Of a stretch of DNA of 64,000 nucleotides, positions 1 to 8,107 are shown piece after piece; position 1 is the stretch's first letter; each line of letters starts with the position of its first letter. The stretch lies in contig JBFIJC010000001.1 in assembly GCA_041600915.1 (NCBI GenBank), forward strand, positions 23,895 to 87,894, in the 5' to 3' direction. A model generated the notes under the pieces. That model saw nothing but the letters and a program-made list of their open reading frames with translations, ran no database searches and was not told where the DNA came from. The position numbers were made by a program, and so were the translations under genes. This stretch comes from Nitrogeniibacter sp. GTDB lineage: Bacteria; Pseudomonadota; Gammaproteobacteria; Burkholderiales; Rhodocyclaceae.

Positions 1-11
1 CGGGGCTCGGC

Positions 12-1382
12 ATGAACGCACCGCTGATGCTGCCGCCGCACGCGATCGAGTCAGAGCAATCTGTGATCGGCGCGCTGCTGATCGAGAACGCAGCACTTGA
101 CCGGATTTCCGGGCTCGTGAGTGAAGACGATTTCTATCGCGATGACCACCGGAAGATCTTTCGTGTGCTGATCGCGATGATCTCATCTGGAGAACACGCA
201 GACGTTGTGACGGTGCTCGGGCGGCTTGAAGAGCTCGGCATCGCTGAGTCCGTTGGTGGCCTTGGCTACCTGGGCAATATCGCGAACAACACGCCATCGA
301 CGGCCAACATTGCCGGGTACGCGAAGCAGGTCAGGGAGCGGGCCGTTTCGCGCCGGCTGATCGCCGTCGGCGACTCGATCGCGGCCATGGCCACCGCGCC
401 CGGCATGACGATGGCTCAGCGCATTGACGCGGCGCAGTCGGCGGTGATGTCCGTCGCCGGCACCGACGAGACGCAGGACCTGGTCGGGATGCCCGAGCTG
501 ACGCAGATCCTGATTGCAGACCTTCATGCCCGTGCGGAGCGCGACAGCAACATCACGGGCCTGGCTACCGGCTTCACCGACTTCGACGAAATGCTCGGAG
601 GCTTGCAGTCGTCTGACCTGATCGTCGTCGCTGGTCGCCCTGGCATGGGGAAGAGCACGTTCGCGATGAACCTCGCGCGGCACGCGGCCAGCAACGGCCA
701 ACCCGGGCTTGTGGTGTCGCTCGAGATGCCGCTCGTGCAGCTCGGCCACCGCCTGTGCGCCGACATCGGGGCAATCCCGCTCAAGAAAATCCGCTCTGGC
801 CACATGACGCCAGACGAGTGGTCAGACGTCGGCAGCGCGATGTCGAAGATCAAGCGCCTTCCGATGCGGCTCAAGGATGCCCAGGCCCCTGATGTGCTGT
901 CGGTGCGCGCGATGGCCAGGAAGGCAAAGCGCGAACTCGGCGGGCTGGCCTACGTCGTGATCGACTACCTGCAGCTGATGTCCGGCCACGGGAACAGCCG
1001 GGCAGAAGAAATTGCGGGCATCTCGCGCGGCCTCAAGTCACTGGCGAAGGAACTGGACTGCCCGATCGTCGCGCTGTCGCAGTTGAATCGCGATCTCGAG
1101 AAGCGACCGAACAAGCGGCCCGTTGTCTCCGACCTTCGAGAGTCTGGCGCCATCGAACAGGACGCCGACGTGATCGTCTTCGTCTATCGGGACGAGATCT
1201 ACAACCCGACCAGCCCGGAGGCCGGAACTGCCGAGATCATCGTCGGCAAACACCGGAACGGCGAGCTCGGGACCGTTCGTCTCGCATACCAAGGGCAATT
1301 CACCCGGTTTGGGAACCTGGCAAAGGACTGGAAGCCGTCCTTGCGTGAGTACTGCAGCTATGGCGAAGGCTACGACGAGTAG
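12..1382 (+). CDS. dnaB: Replicative DNA helicase, DnaB family (phage-encoded)
   Basis: 456 aa. N-terminal PPHAIESEQSVIGALL DnaB signature, Walker A GRPGMGKST, SLEMP, VIDYLQL, SQLNR, ESGAIEQDADV motifs. Confidence 0.95.
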   Translation: MNAPLMLPPHAIESEQSVIGALLIENAALDRISGLVSEDDFYRDDHRKIFRVLIAMISSGEHADVVTVLGRLEELGIAESVGGLGYLGNIANNTPSTANIAGYAKQVRERAVSRRLIAVGDSIAAMATAPGMTMAQRIDAAQSAVMSVAGTDETQDLVGMPELTQILIADLHARAERDSNITGLATGFTDFDEMLGGLQSSDLIVVAGRPGMGKSTFAMNLARHAASNGQPGLVVSLEMPLVQLGHRLCADIGAIPLKKIRSGHMTPDEWSDVGSAMSKIKRLPMRLKDAQAPDVLSVRAMARKAKRELGGLAYVVIDYLQLMSGHGNSRAEEIAGISRGLKSLAKELDCPIVALSQLNRDLEKRPNKRPVVSDLRESGAIEQDADVIVFVYRDEIYNPTSPEAGTAEIIVGKHRNGELGTVRLAYQGQFTRFGNLAKDWKPSLREYCSYGEGYDE

Positions 1383-1572
1383 GGGAAAGACATGGACCGA
1401 ATCATGGAAATGGGAATGCTTGGCCCGGTGGGTGGCGAGGCTGAGCAACGAGGATCGCAAGGACTTCTTTGCTCGGTGGCAGGCGAGGCACGGCAAGGCG
1501 GCGGCGAAGCGCCTGGACGGGCTTGCGAGGGAGGAATTCCGGAAGGCGCGGCGTTCGACGTCCGGTTCGTGA
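1360..1572 (+). CDS. Possible small alternative-frame ORF (70 aa) overlapping the annotated N-terminus of RusA
   Basis: This frame reads WVARLSNEDRKDFFARWQARHGKAAAKRLDGLAREEFRKARR. It looks protein-like and is G/C-rich at third positions on a hand tally. Its TGA overlaps a GTG (1569) in the RusA frame. Start is uncertain. Confidence 0.3.
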   Translation: MAKATTSRGKTWTESWKWECLARWVARLSNEDRKDFFARWQARHGKAAAKRLDGLAREEFRKARRSTSGS

Positions 1573-2003
1573 TCCCCGGGGAGCCGAAGGGCAAGGGCCG
1601 GCACCGCTCGCGCATCGCCAAGATGGGCGACGGACGGCAGTTCGTCGCCAACTACACGCCGAAGGACACTGTCGAGTACGAAAACCTGGTGCGAATGGCA
1701 GCCGGCCAGGCCATGGCCGGGCGGCCTCCGACAATGAACCCGGTCATCGTCTGGCTGGTGGCGACATGCACTGTGCCGGCCAGCTGGTCGCAGAAGAAGC
1801 GCCGCGCCGCCCTGGTCGGTGACGTGATGCCTACTGGCAAGCCGGATTTGGATAACGTGGAAAAAGCGGTCATGGACGGCATGAACAAGATCGTGTTCCG
1901 CGATGACGCTCAAGCCTGCCGCGTGGTGAAGGGAAAGCAGTACGGCGAGACCCCGGGCGTGTCTGTGCGCGTGGTCGAGATGCAGGCGAGGCCGGCGCGA
2001 TGA
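1392..2003 (+). CDS. rusA: Holliday-junction resolvase RusA (maximal ORF; true start probably downstream)
   Basis: From about nt 1555: FDVRFVIPGEPKGKGRHR ... GKPDLDNVEKAVMDGMN ... FRDDAQ, the RusA catalytic-Asp pattern. The first ~55 codons are G/A/E/R-rich and look like out-of-frame sequence. Confidence 0.8.
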   Translation: MDRIMEMGMLGPVGGEAEQRGSQGLLCSVAGEARQGGGEAPGRACEGGIPEGAAFDVRFVIPGEPKGKGRHRSRIAKMGDGRQFVANYTPKDTVEYENLVRMAAGQAMAGRPPTMNPVIVWLVATCTVPASWSQKKRRAALVGDVMPTGKPDLDNVEKAVMDGMNKIVFRDDAQACRVVKGKQYGETPGVSVRVVEMQARPAR

Positions 2004-2257
2004 GTGACTTCAACAAGAGCGGATCGAAGTATTTGCGCGACATGACGTGCTCGATCGAAGGGAAGGTCGACGTCTATGCCGTACTCGACGCATTCAATGT
2101 CACGTGTCCGGCACGCCAGCATGCGGTCAAGAAACTTCTTTGTGCAGGACTTCGCGGGAAAGGCGACACGAAGCAAGATCTTCGCGAGGCTGCCGATGCC
2201 ATCCAACGCGCGATCCAGATGCACGACGCGAGAGAAGAGCGAGGGGCACCGGAATGA
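2000..2257 (+). CDS. Small phage protein, DUF3310-like
   Basis: 85 aa. DVYAVLDAFNV...QHAVKKLLCAGLRGKG...DLREAADAIQRAI resembles the DUF3310 pattern. ATGA overlap with the rusA stop. Confidence 0.5.
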   Translation: MSDFNKSGSKYLRDMTCSIEGKVDVYAVLDAFNVTCPARQHAVKKLLCAGLRGKGDTKQDLREAADAIQRAIQMHDAREERGAPE

Positions 2258-2490
2258 GCGACCTTGTTGCTCGACTTCGCCAGCTCGCGACCATGGGTCT
2301 GACCATCGCCGCCGAAGCCGCTGACGCCATCGAGAAGCAGGGCGCCGAGCAGGTTCGCGACGCGCTGTCCTGGTACGCAGAGGCCGGAAACTGGCGCCGG
2401 CCGACACGCGGGCGCCACTGGTCGAACTCTCCGGCGGCAGACGATCGAGGATCTCTTGCCCGGCAAGTCCTGATGGAGCACCAGCGATGA
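2254..2490 (+). CDS. Hypothetical phage protein
   Basis: 78 aa from MSDLVARLRQ. ATGA overlap with the upstream stop, translationally coupled chain. Confidence 0.5.
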   Translation: MSDLVARLRQLATMGLTIAAEAADAIEKQGAEQVRDALSWYAEAGNWRRPTRGRHWSNSPAADDRGSLARQVLMEHQR

Positions 2491-2897
2491 GCGGCCTTTA
2501 CCGGGAGTTCCTGCTGCACTCGCCGCCGGCCGCGCGACTGCTGAACGCCTTCCTGAAGCAGAACGCTGGCGCCGCCGTCGAGCGCGGCAAGCCGCTGCGG
2601 GTGATCGTGGTCGAGGAAGAGCGCAAACGAACTGGTGAGCAGAACCGGATGTTCCACGGCCCCATCCTGGACGCTGTCAGCGAACAGGCATGGTGGGGCG
2701 GGAAGCGCTACCCGAAGGAGTTCTGGAAGGAGTACTTCCGGCGACGGTTCCTGCTGAAAGATGAATACACGACGCCGGCCGGCGAAGTCGTACAGACCTA
2801 CTGGAGCACCGCAGACCTGAGCGTGGCGAAGTTTTCCGAGTTCATCAACAAGGTGCAGGCCGAGGCTGCATCCGAATGGGGGGTTCAGTTCGAATGA
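2487..2897 (+). CDS. ninB: NinB/Orf-family recombination mediator
   Basis: RTGEQNRMFHGPILDAVSEQAWWGGKRYPKEFWKEYF ... STADLSVAKFSEFINKVQAEAASEWGVQF parallels lambda NinB RSLDQNRKLW...WHGRWLDAESWKCVF...STSRMRVGEFAELLELIQAFGTERGVKW. Confidence 0.8.
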   Translation: MSGLYREFLLHSPPAARLLNAFLKQNAGAAVERGKPLRVIVVEEERKRTGEQNRMFHGPILDAVSEQAWWGGKRYPKEFWKEYFRRRFLLKDEYTTPAGEVVQTYWSTADLSVAKFSEFINKVQAEAASEWGVQFE

Positions 2898-3184
2898 GCA
2901 CAGCGGCGAAAAGGCACATGGGCAGGGTGGCGAACGACGGATGTTCGATTTGCCGGAGGCTCGGGTACGGCTTCACGCCAGCCGAGGTTCATCACGCCCG
3001 TGAAGGCGTCGGGGCTGGACAGCGAAACAGTGACTGGATGACTACGGGGCTTTGCTCAGAACACCACCGCGGCGGCACCGGTGTTCATGGGCTCGGTGTC
3101 CGCGCGTTTGAGCGCACATACGGAGTGACGGAGCTGGAGCTGGTTTCCGAGACGCTAGAGCGGATCTACGGAGGTGTGCGCTGA
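2894..3184 (+). CDS. Ref-family (P1 Ref-like) HNH recombination-enhancement nuclease
   Basis: AKRHMGRVANDGCSIC...PAEVHHAREGVGAGQRNSDW...LCSEHHRGGTGVHGLG...YGVTELELVSETL. Starts at ATG 2894 with an ATGA overlap. Confidence 0.7.
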   Translation: MSTAAKRHMGRVANDGCSICRRLGYGFTPAEVHHAREGVGAGQRNSDWMTTGLCSEHHRGGTGVHGLGVRAFERTYGVTELELVSETLERIYGGVR

Positions 3185-3393
3185 TGGCCGGATACAGGTC
3201 TCCGTTGGGCCGCCTGATGCCCGAATCCGTCGATGTCGAGCGCATCAAACGGGAGGGGTACTACGAAGACGGAATTCTCGTGATCGACATGCGGCGCGAC
3301 AACATGGACTGGACCGAAAGGGAAATTTTCAAGCAGTGGGCAGAGAAGCGATACCGAAAACCGAAGGCATTCACCAGCCGCAAGGAGCCGTGA
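3184..3393 (+). CDS. Hypothetical phage protein
   Basis: 69 aa, coupled (TGATG) to the upstream gene, charged composition. Confidence 0.5.
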   Translation: MAGYRSPLGRLMPESVDVERIKREGYYEDGILVIDMRRDNMDWTEREIFKQWAEKRYRKPKAFTSRKEP

Positions 3394-3959
3394 TGACGAC
3401 AGGAGCAATGACCATGACCGACGCGTCGGCCGAGCCGATGTTTAAAAGCACCCACGCGGCCCTGGTGTTCGCGTTCAACTTCTCGATGCAGCAGTACGAC
3501 CAGCCGGCCATGGTCAAGCTGATGGGCCCGCCGCTGGGATCTGGGAAAGGCCTTGTCGGGACGTCCGGCGCCGCACAGGCGGGAATGGTGCTGGCGGCTG
3601 TTGAGCGGCTTGACCCCATCCACCGTGCAGCGATCTATGCCAGATTCGCGCCGAAGTTCGAGGAGTGTCCGTGCTGCCACGGGGACAAACCGACACAAGA
3701 GTGGCAGGAGGCCGTCGAGCGCTTGGCGTCCTGGGCGGTGCCGGCCGGTATCAGCCACATGCGGGCTCGCCGGGCGCTGATCGCGAAGTTCTTCGGCGTG
3801 CGAGGGGTGGAGTTCAAGTCACTGGCGTCCGACTTCGGGCTGAATCGCAAGGCGCTGTCTGAACAGTACCAGACGATCGGTGCAAGCCTGAAGAAAGCCG
3901 AGGAGAAGGGGCAGACAGCGCTGGATGACGAGTTCAGGCAGCGCGGGTTGGTTGGATGA
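3393..3959 (+). CDS. Putative late-gene regulator (Q-antiterminator-like by position; function unproven)
   Basis: 188 aa from MTTGAMTMTD. Cys/His cluster ECPCCHG. Last gene of the nin-like block, followed by a ~500-nt low-coding region with a strong promoter-like site. Confidence 0.4.
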   Translation: MTTGAMTMTDASAEPMFKSTHAALVFAFNFSMQQYDQPAMVKLMGPPLGSGKGLVGTSGAAQAGMVLAAVERLDPIHRAAIYARFAPKFEECPCCHGDKPTQEWQEAVERLASWAVPAGISHMRARRALIAKFFGVRGVEFKSLASDFGLNRKALSEQYQTIGASLKKAEEKGQTALDDEFRQRGLVG

Positions 3960-4092
3960 ACGCCGAGCGAAGCCGCGCCGTCAGGCATCGGATTGCACGC
4001 TGGGTTAGGTGCTAACGATTGAACAACAAAGGGATTTGACATGAACAGCTCGCAAAACTTGAAAGACAACGCCGCAATGGCCAGGTTGCTGT

Positions 4093-4281
4093 ATGTCTAG
4101 CATGAAAGTTGGCGGCATTGACGCCGCCGCGCTTGAGATATGCGCGGCAAACATTGATGCGCGATGCGTTCGGTGCCCGATCAGTGACGAGTGTCACGCG
4201 CCGGTTTCGCCGCTGACTGCGGAGGCGCTAACTGCTTGGCGGGCGGCAATCAACGAGGCGGCGAAACGGGCTAACAGGTGA
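4093..4281 (+). CDS. Small Cys-rich hypothetical protein
   Basis: 59-62 aa (ATG 4093 or 4102), CVRCPISDECH, moderate third-position GC. Weak support. Confidence 0.35.
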   Translation: MSSMKVGGIDAAALEICAANIDARCVRCPISDECHAPVSPLTAEALTAWRAAINEAAKRANR

Positions 4282-4372
4282 TGACGCGCCCGCGGGCAAA
4301 TATCCATTGAGCTTGTAATGCACGCTTCAGGGTGACTTATGGCCGAAATCCGACAAACGGTCGGCATCTCTA

Positions 4373-4401
4373 TTGACCGCGCAGCGCGGTCGTTATAGTA
4401 T
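4373..4401 (+). promoter_or_regulatory. Sigma70-like promoter (candidate late promoter) with a perfect palindrome in the spacer
   Basis: TTGACC (4373-4378). -10 region TTATAGTATT (TATAGT at N15 or TAGTAT at N17). Spacer contains GACCGCGC-A-GCGCGGTC (4375-4391). AGGAGA RBS and ATG 4463 lie downstream. Confidence 0.45.
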
Positions 4402-4462
4402 TAACCCATGGACAGCCCGTTGCTGACCACCGCGCCTCGGGGATCAGGGGCAGGAGACTAAA

Positions 4463-4681
4463 ATGGAACAAGCCAACCAAATGCCTGAAATCGGCGAAGT
4501 GTTTGCAGCTCAAGGGGCAGAAGACCTGATCTACATGGGCGACCATCTCATCGTGCGCAACGCCGACAAGAAAACGGAACGCCGCATCGATCTCACCGAG
4601 CAAATGATCGCCGCCATCCCGACCCAGTATGCGCGCTACCGCGCCTGGATTAGCCGCCCCGGCACCCACATGGGCGTGTAA
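4463..4681 (+). CDS. Hypothetical phage protein
   Basis: 72 aa, AGGAGA RBS 7 nt upstream. Confidence 0.6.
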   Translation: MEQANQMPEIGEVFAAQGAEDLIYMGDHLIVRNADKKTERRIDLTEQMIAAIPTQYARYRAWISRPGTHMGV

Positions 4682-4741
4682 CAAGCCACCTCAACACGAC
4701 CAACCGCGACCGGGACACCGCCCGGTCGCACGGAGAACAAA

Positions 4742-5056
4742 ATGAAAGTCACCCAGATCGCAACGGCCGGCGACATGCCATACACCCACCACTACATGCA
4801 GACGATGACGGGAGAGGAGACCACGACGCACACCATGTCCGCGCCAGTGCACTTGGTCTCGATCGCAGCAGATCATGCAGACGCAGAGGTGGTTGTGTTT
4901 GGAGATGACACCCTCGGAATTGAAATCGGCGGCAGGTTGTGGGCCGCCGAGGAACCGCACAGCGTAATGCGCCCGGCCGCAAAGCTGCCCAGAGAGGTGT
5001 GGCAATACTGCAATTTGGCAATGGGCCGCAACGGCGACACTTATGCGCGAGGATAA
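4742..5056 (+). CDS. Hypothetical phage protein
   Basis: 104 aa ORF, GGAGAACAAA upstream of the ATG. Confidence 0.55.
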   Translation: MKVTQIATAGDMPYTHHYMQTMTGEETTTHTMSAPVHLVSIAADHADAEVVVFGDDTLGIEIGGRLWAAEEPHSVMRPAAKLPREVWQYCNLAMGRNGDTYARG

Positions 5057-5249
5057 CAACCACCCCAACCGCAACTGGCGCCGCACCATGCGCGCGGCGT
5101 CAGACGCCTACATCTCCCGCTACCGCTGGCCGGATGGCGGGGTACAGATGATGACGCCCGAGCAGTTGCACGGGCTCATCGCTGACGCGTATCAGGCTGG
5201 GTACACGGAGGGGCGGGCGAGTGCGCAGCGCCGGAGGTCGGGGCCATGA
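5043..5249 (+). CDS. Hypothetical phage protein
   Basis: 68 aa, overlaps neighbours by 14 and 4 nt. Confidence 0.5.
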   Translation: MREDNNHPNRNWRRTMRAASDAYISRYRWPDGGVQMMTPEQLHGLIADAYQAGYTEGRASAQRRRSGP

Positions 5250-5455
5250 CCCATGACGATCTACAGGCCTGGCAGGCCCGCATGGGCCTGTCGCAACGCG
5301 GCGCTGCTGAGGCGCTGGGCGTATCCCTCAGCACATATCAGGCATGGGCACGCGGGCATGACGTGCGCACCGGTCGGGCGGTCACCATCGATCGGCGCAC
5401 GGCTTTGGCATGTGCCGCGATCGAGTCTGGACTTCTCCCGACAGGAGATTCGTGA
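5246..5455 (+). CDS. Small helix-turn-helix (XRE-like) DNA-binding protein
   Basis: LSQRGAAEALGVSLSTYQAWARG is a typical HTH segment. 69 aa. Confidence 0.6.
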   Translation: MTHDDLQAWQARMGLSQRGAAEALGVSLSTYQAWARGHDVRTGRAVTIDRRTALACAAIESGLLPTGDS

Positions 5456-5530
5456 CGTGTCGTGGCCAGTTGCAATCCACGTCGTGTCCTGATATAACCG
5501 TTTCCGCATACAGTGAAGAACTGTCACCCA

Positions 5531-5564
5531 AGCCCGCAGGCGAAAGCCGAGCGGGCTTTTTGTT
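5531..5564 (+). terminator. Rho-independent terminator
   Basis: AGCCCGC-(13 nt)-GCGGGCT followed by TTTTTGTTT. Confidence 0.7.
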
Positions 5565-5891
5565 TGCCTTCCTCCGGACGATCAGGTGCCACTTGTGAGG
5601 ACGATGGAGGCGGGCACAGCACTGCTCCAACGCGCGAGGCTTCACCCAGCGGCGCCAGGGCCACAATCGACGGCATCCGCGCGCCCGGCGGAACATATCG
5701 CCGAAATCAGCCAGCCGCATCGGCGGCGCTTATGGCCGCGGGACGCTGTAACCCGCAAGGAACCGCGTCACCCGCAAAGGAGGTGATCCGTCCGAGCGGG
5801 TGAGAGGCCCGCAGCGCCGAGGAGCGTAGAGGCGCGCAGATCCCGCAGCTGGAGACATTCACGCCGGACCACACGCCACGGAGCGCGACGC

Positions 5892-6257
5892 ATGAGCATG
5901 AAGAACCGCGCGCCGCGCCGGCACCTGTTGAACTGCCTGATCGTTGCCGCCCTGTTGTGGGTGGCGACGCTCAAGTACAAGACCTACCTTTTCACGCGCC
6001 GCTCGCTGCACTTCCGCGGGCTGATACCGCATGCCGGCGTAGCGTCATCACAGAGATACCGCCGACTTGTGGTGGTCGAGTACGTGCCGCCGAAGTCCCG
6101 GCTCTGGAGTCGAGACAACTTCCTGTTGTTGTTCCGCGGCCGGTACCGGGTCTGGGAGTTCCGCGCGGTGAGGAGTCGCACCGTCGGGACGCTCAATGAG
6201 GCGAAACAGCTTCTCTCCGGTGTCCAGGAAGCGCGAAACACCCCATGCAAACCCTGA
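5892..6257 (+). CDS. Hypothetical basic protein with N-terminal hydrophobic anchor
   Basis: 121 aa. HLLNCLIVAALLWVATL segment. Third codon positions are mostly G/C on a hand tally. No recognisable family. Confidence 0.4.
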   Translation: MSMKNRAPRRHLLNCLIVAALLWVATLKYKTYLFTRRSLHFRGLIPHAGVASSQRYRRLVVVEYVPPKSRLWSRDNFLLLFRGRYRVWEFRAVRSRTVGTLNEAKQLLSGVQEARNTPCKP

Positions 6258-6269
6258 GAGGCAAAACGA

Positions 6270-6824
6270 ATGGCGTACTGCGGAGCAAAGACCCGCAGCG
6301 GCCAGCCATGCCGTAACAGGGCAATGAGCAATGGCCGCTGCCGGATGCACGGAGGGAAAGCGGCCGAGACGCATGCCGGCAATCAACACGCTCGGAAACA
6401 CGGGATTTACAGCAGCATTCTGACGGACGAAGAGCGCGATCTGTGGGACGCCGTCGAGCTGGGGAAGGTCGATGACGAGCTTAGGCTTTGCCGGCTTCGG
6501 CTCATGCGGACAATCCGAGCGGAGACGGAGTCGGGAAACCTCCCAGAGCTTGAGGAGCAGATCGAGCGCAGCAGCGGATCGGAGCAGAAGGACGCGGAAG
6601 ACGGTGAACCTGCCTCCATCCCGCCGTCAGAGCAGCGGTTCAAGCGCAGAGACTACGCCGGCACGGTCGATAGGCTGATGGCCAGGATCGAGAGCCTGGA
6701 AAAGACCCGGGCCGACCTGATGAAGAAGCTGATCGGCGAAGGCGAAGCTCCTCCTCCGGTGAAGATCGAGATCAGCGTGAAGGACGCCAGAATCCGTGAC
6801 GACGATCAACCCGTCACTGAATAG
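6270..6824 (+). CDS. Putative terminase small subunit
   Basis: N-terminal CGAKTRSGQPCRNRAMSNGRCRMHGG then GNQHARKHGIYS pattern, coiled acidic C-terminus. Directly precedes and overlaps TerL. Confidence 0.6.
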   Translation: MAYCGAKTRSGQPCRNRAMSNGRCRMHGGKAAETHAGNQHARKHGIYSSILTDEERDLWDAVELGKVDDELRLCRLRLMRTIRAETESGNLPELEEQIERSSGSEQKDAEDGEPASIPPSEQRFKRRDYAGTVDRLMARIESLEKTRADLMKKLIGEGEAPPPVKIEISVKDARIRDDDQPVTE

Positions 6825-8082
6825 GCCGCAGGCCAGGTTCCTCACGCTGCCGCACAAGTTCCGGGCGTTCGTTGCCGGGTTCGGAAGCGGCAAGACGTGG
6901 GTAGGATCTTCGGCGCTGTGCAGACACGCCTGGGAGTGGCCTCGCGTCAATGCCGGCTACTTCGCGCCGACGTACCCGCAGATCCGCGACATCTTCTATC
7001 CAACGATTGAGGAAGTCGCGCACGAGTGGGGGATGAAGGCAGACATCCACGAGACGAACAAGGAAGTCCGCCTGTTCGCCGGCAGCCAGTACAGATGCAC
7101 GATTCTGTGTCGATCGATGGAGAAGCCTGGCGACATCGTCGGATTCAAGATCGGGAAGGCCCTGGTCGATGAGCTCGACGTGATGAAGGCCGAGAAGGCC
7201 GCGACCGCCTGGCGAAAGATCATCGCGCGACTGCGACACACCGCCGACGGTCTGCTGAACGGGGTTGATGTGACGACGACCCCTGAGGGGTTCAAATTCG
7301 TCTATCAGCAGTTCGTGAAAGCGATCCGCGAGAACCCATCGCTCGCGTCGATGTACGGCCTGGTTCAGGCAAGCACGTACGACAACGAGGCGAATCTGCC
7401 GGACGGCTACATCAACAGCCTGCGCGCCAGCTATCCGCCGCAGCTCATCGGCGCGTATCTTCGAGGCGAATTCACGAACCTGGCCAGCGGTTCTGTCTAT
7501 CCGAACTTCGACAGAAGGTTGAGTCACACCGACGCAGTAGAGCAGCCGGCCGAGCCGCTGCACATCGGCATGGACTTCAACGTGCTGAACATGACGGCGA
7601 TCGTGAGCGTCATCCGGGATGGGCTTCCGATCTCTGTCGGCGAGCTGACTGGCGTTCGCGACACTCCGGCGATGGTGAAGCTGCTCACGGAGCGGTTCAA
7701 GGACCGCGGTCACCCGCTGGCGATCTACCCCGATGCCAGCGGCCAGAACACCAGCAGCAAGAACGCGAGCGAGTCGGACCTTTCGATTCTGCGTCAGGCT
7801 GGATTCACGATCAGGGTAGATACGCACAACCCGGCAGTTCGTGACAGGGTTCTGGCGGTAAATTCAATGCTGCTCAACGACAACGGAGAGCGTCGCTGGA
7901 AGATCAACACCGACAGGTGCCAGAAGCTCACTGAAGCGCTCGAGCAACAGGCGTACGGATCGAACAGCGAGCCGGACAAAACGACCGGACACGACCACCC
8001 GAACGACGCGGTCGGCTACTTCATCGCCAACCGGTACCCGATCGTGAAGCGCCTCGCTGTTGTGCAGCAGCTGCGCATGTGA
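6796..8082 (+). CDS. Terminase large subunit
   Basis: 428 aa. Walker A-like FVAGFGSGKTW, DELD Walker B-like, C-terminal nuclease-like region. Position is upstream of the portal gene. Confidence 0.9.
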   Translation: MTTINPSLNRPQARFLTLPHKFRAFVAGFGSGKTWVGSSALCRHAWEWPRVNAGYFAPTYPQIRDIFYPTIEEVAHEWGMKADIHETNKEVRLFAGSQYRCTILCRSMEKPGDIVGFKIGKALVDELDVMKAEKAATAWRKIIARLRHTADGLLNGVDVTTTPEGFKFVYQQFVKAIRENPSLASMYGLVQASTYDNEANLPDGYINSLRASYPPQLIGAYLRGEFTNLASGSVYPNFDRRLSHTDAVEQPAEPLHIGMDFNVLNMTAIVSVIRDGLPISVGELTGVRDTPAMVKLLTERFKDRGHPLAIYPDASGQNTSSKNASESDLSILRQAGFTIRVDTHNPAVRDRVLAVNSMLLNDNGERRWKINTDRCQKLTEALEQQAYGSNSEPDKTTGHDHPNDAVGYFIANRYPIVKRLAVVQQLRM

Positions 8083-8107
8083 CAGACAACATCAAGAGGC
8101 CTCCCGC

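Noticed and set aside
5382-5720. 112-aa - strand ORF
   Set aside because: It runs through the + strand terminator hairpin and the 3' end of the HTH gene, and its product is Arg/Trp/Cys-rich and looks like an off-frame translation.
8060-8107. Upstream ATG extension of the portal ORF (MCSSCACDRQHQEASR)
   Set aside because: The extension overlaps the terL 3' end and is Cys-rich. ATG 8108 follows an AAGAGG-like RBS and matches where portal similarity begins.
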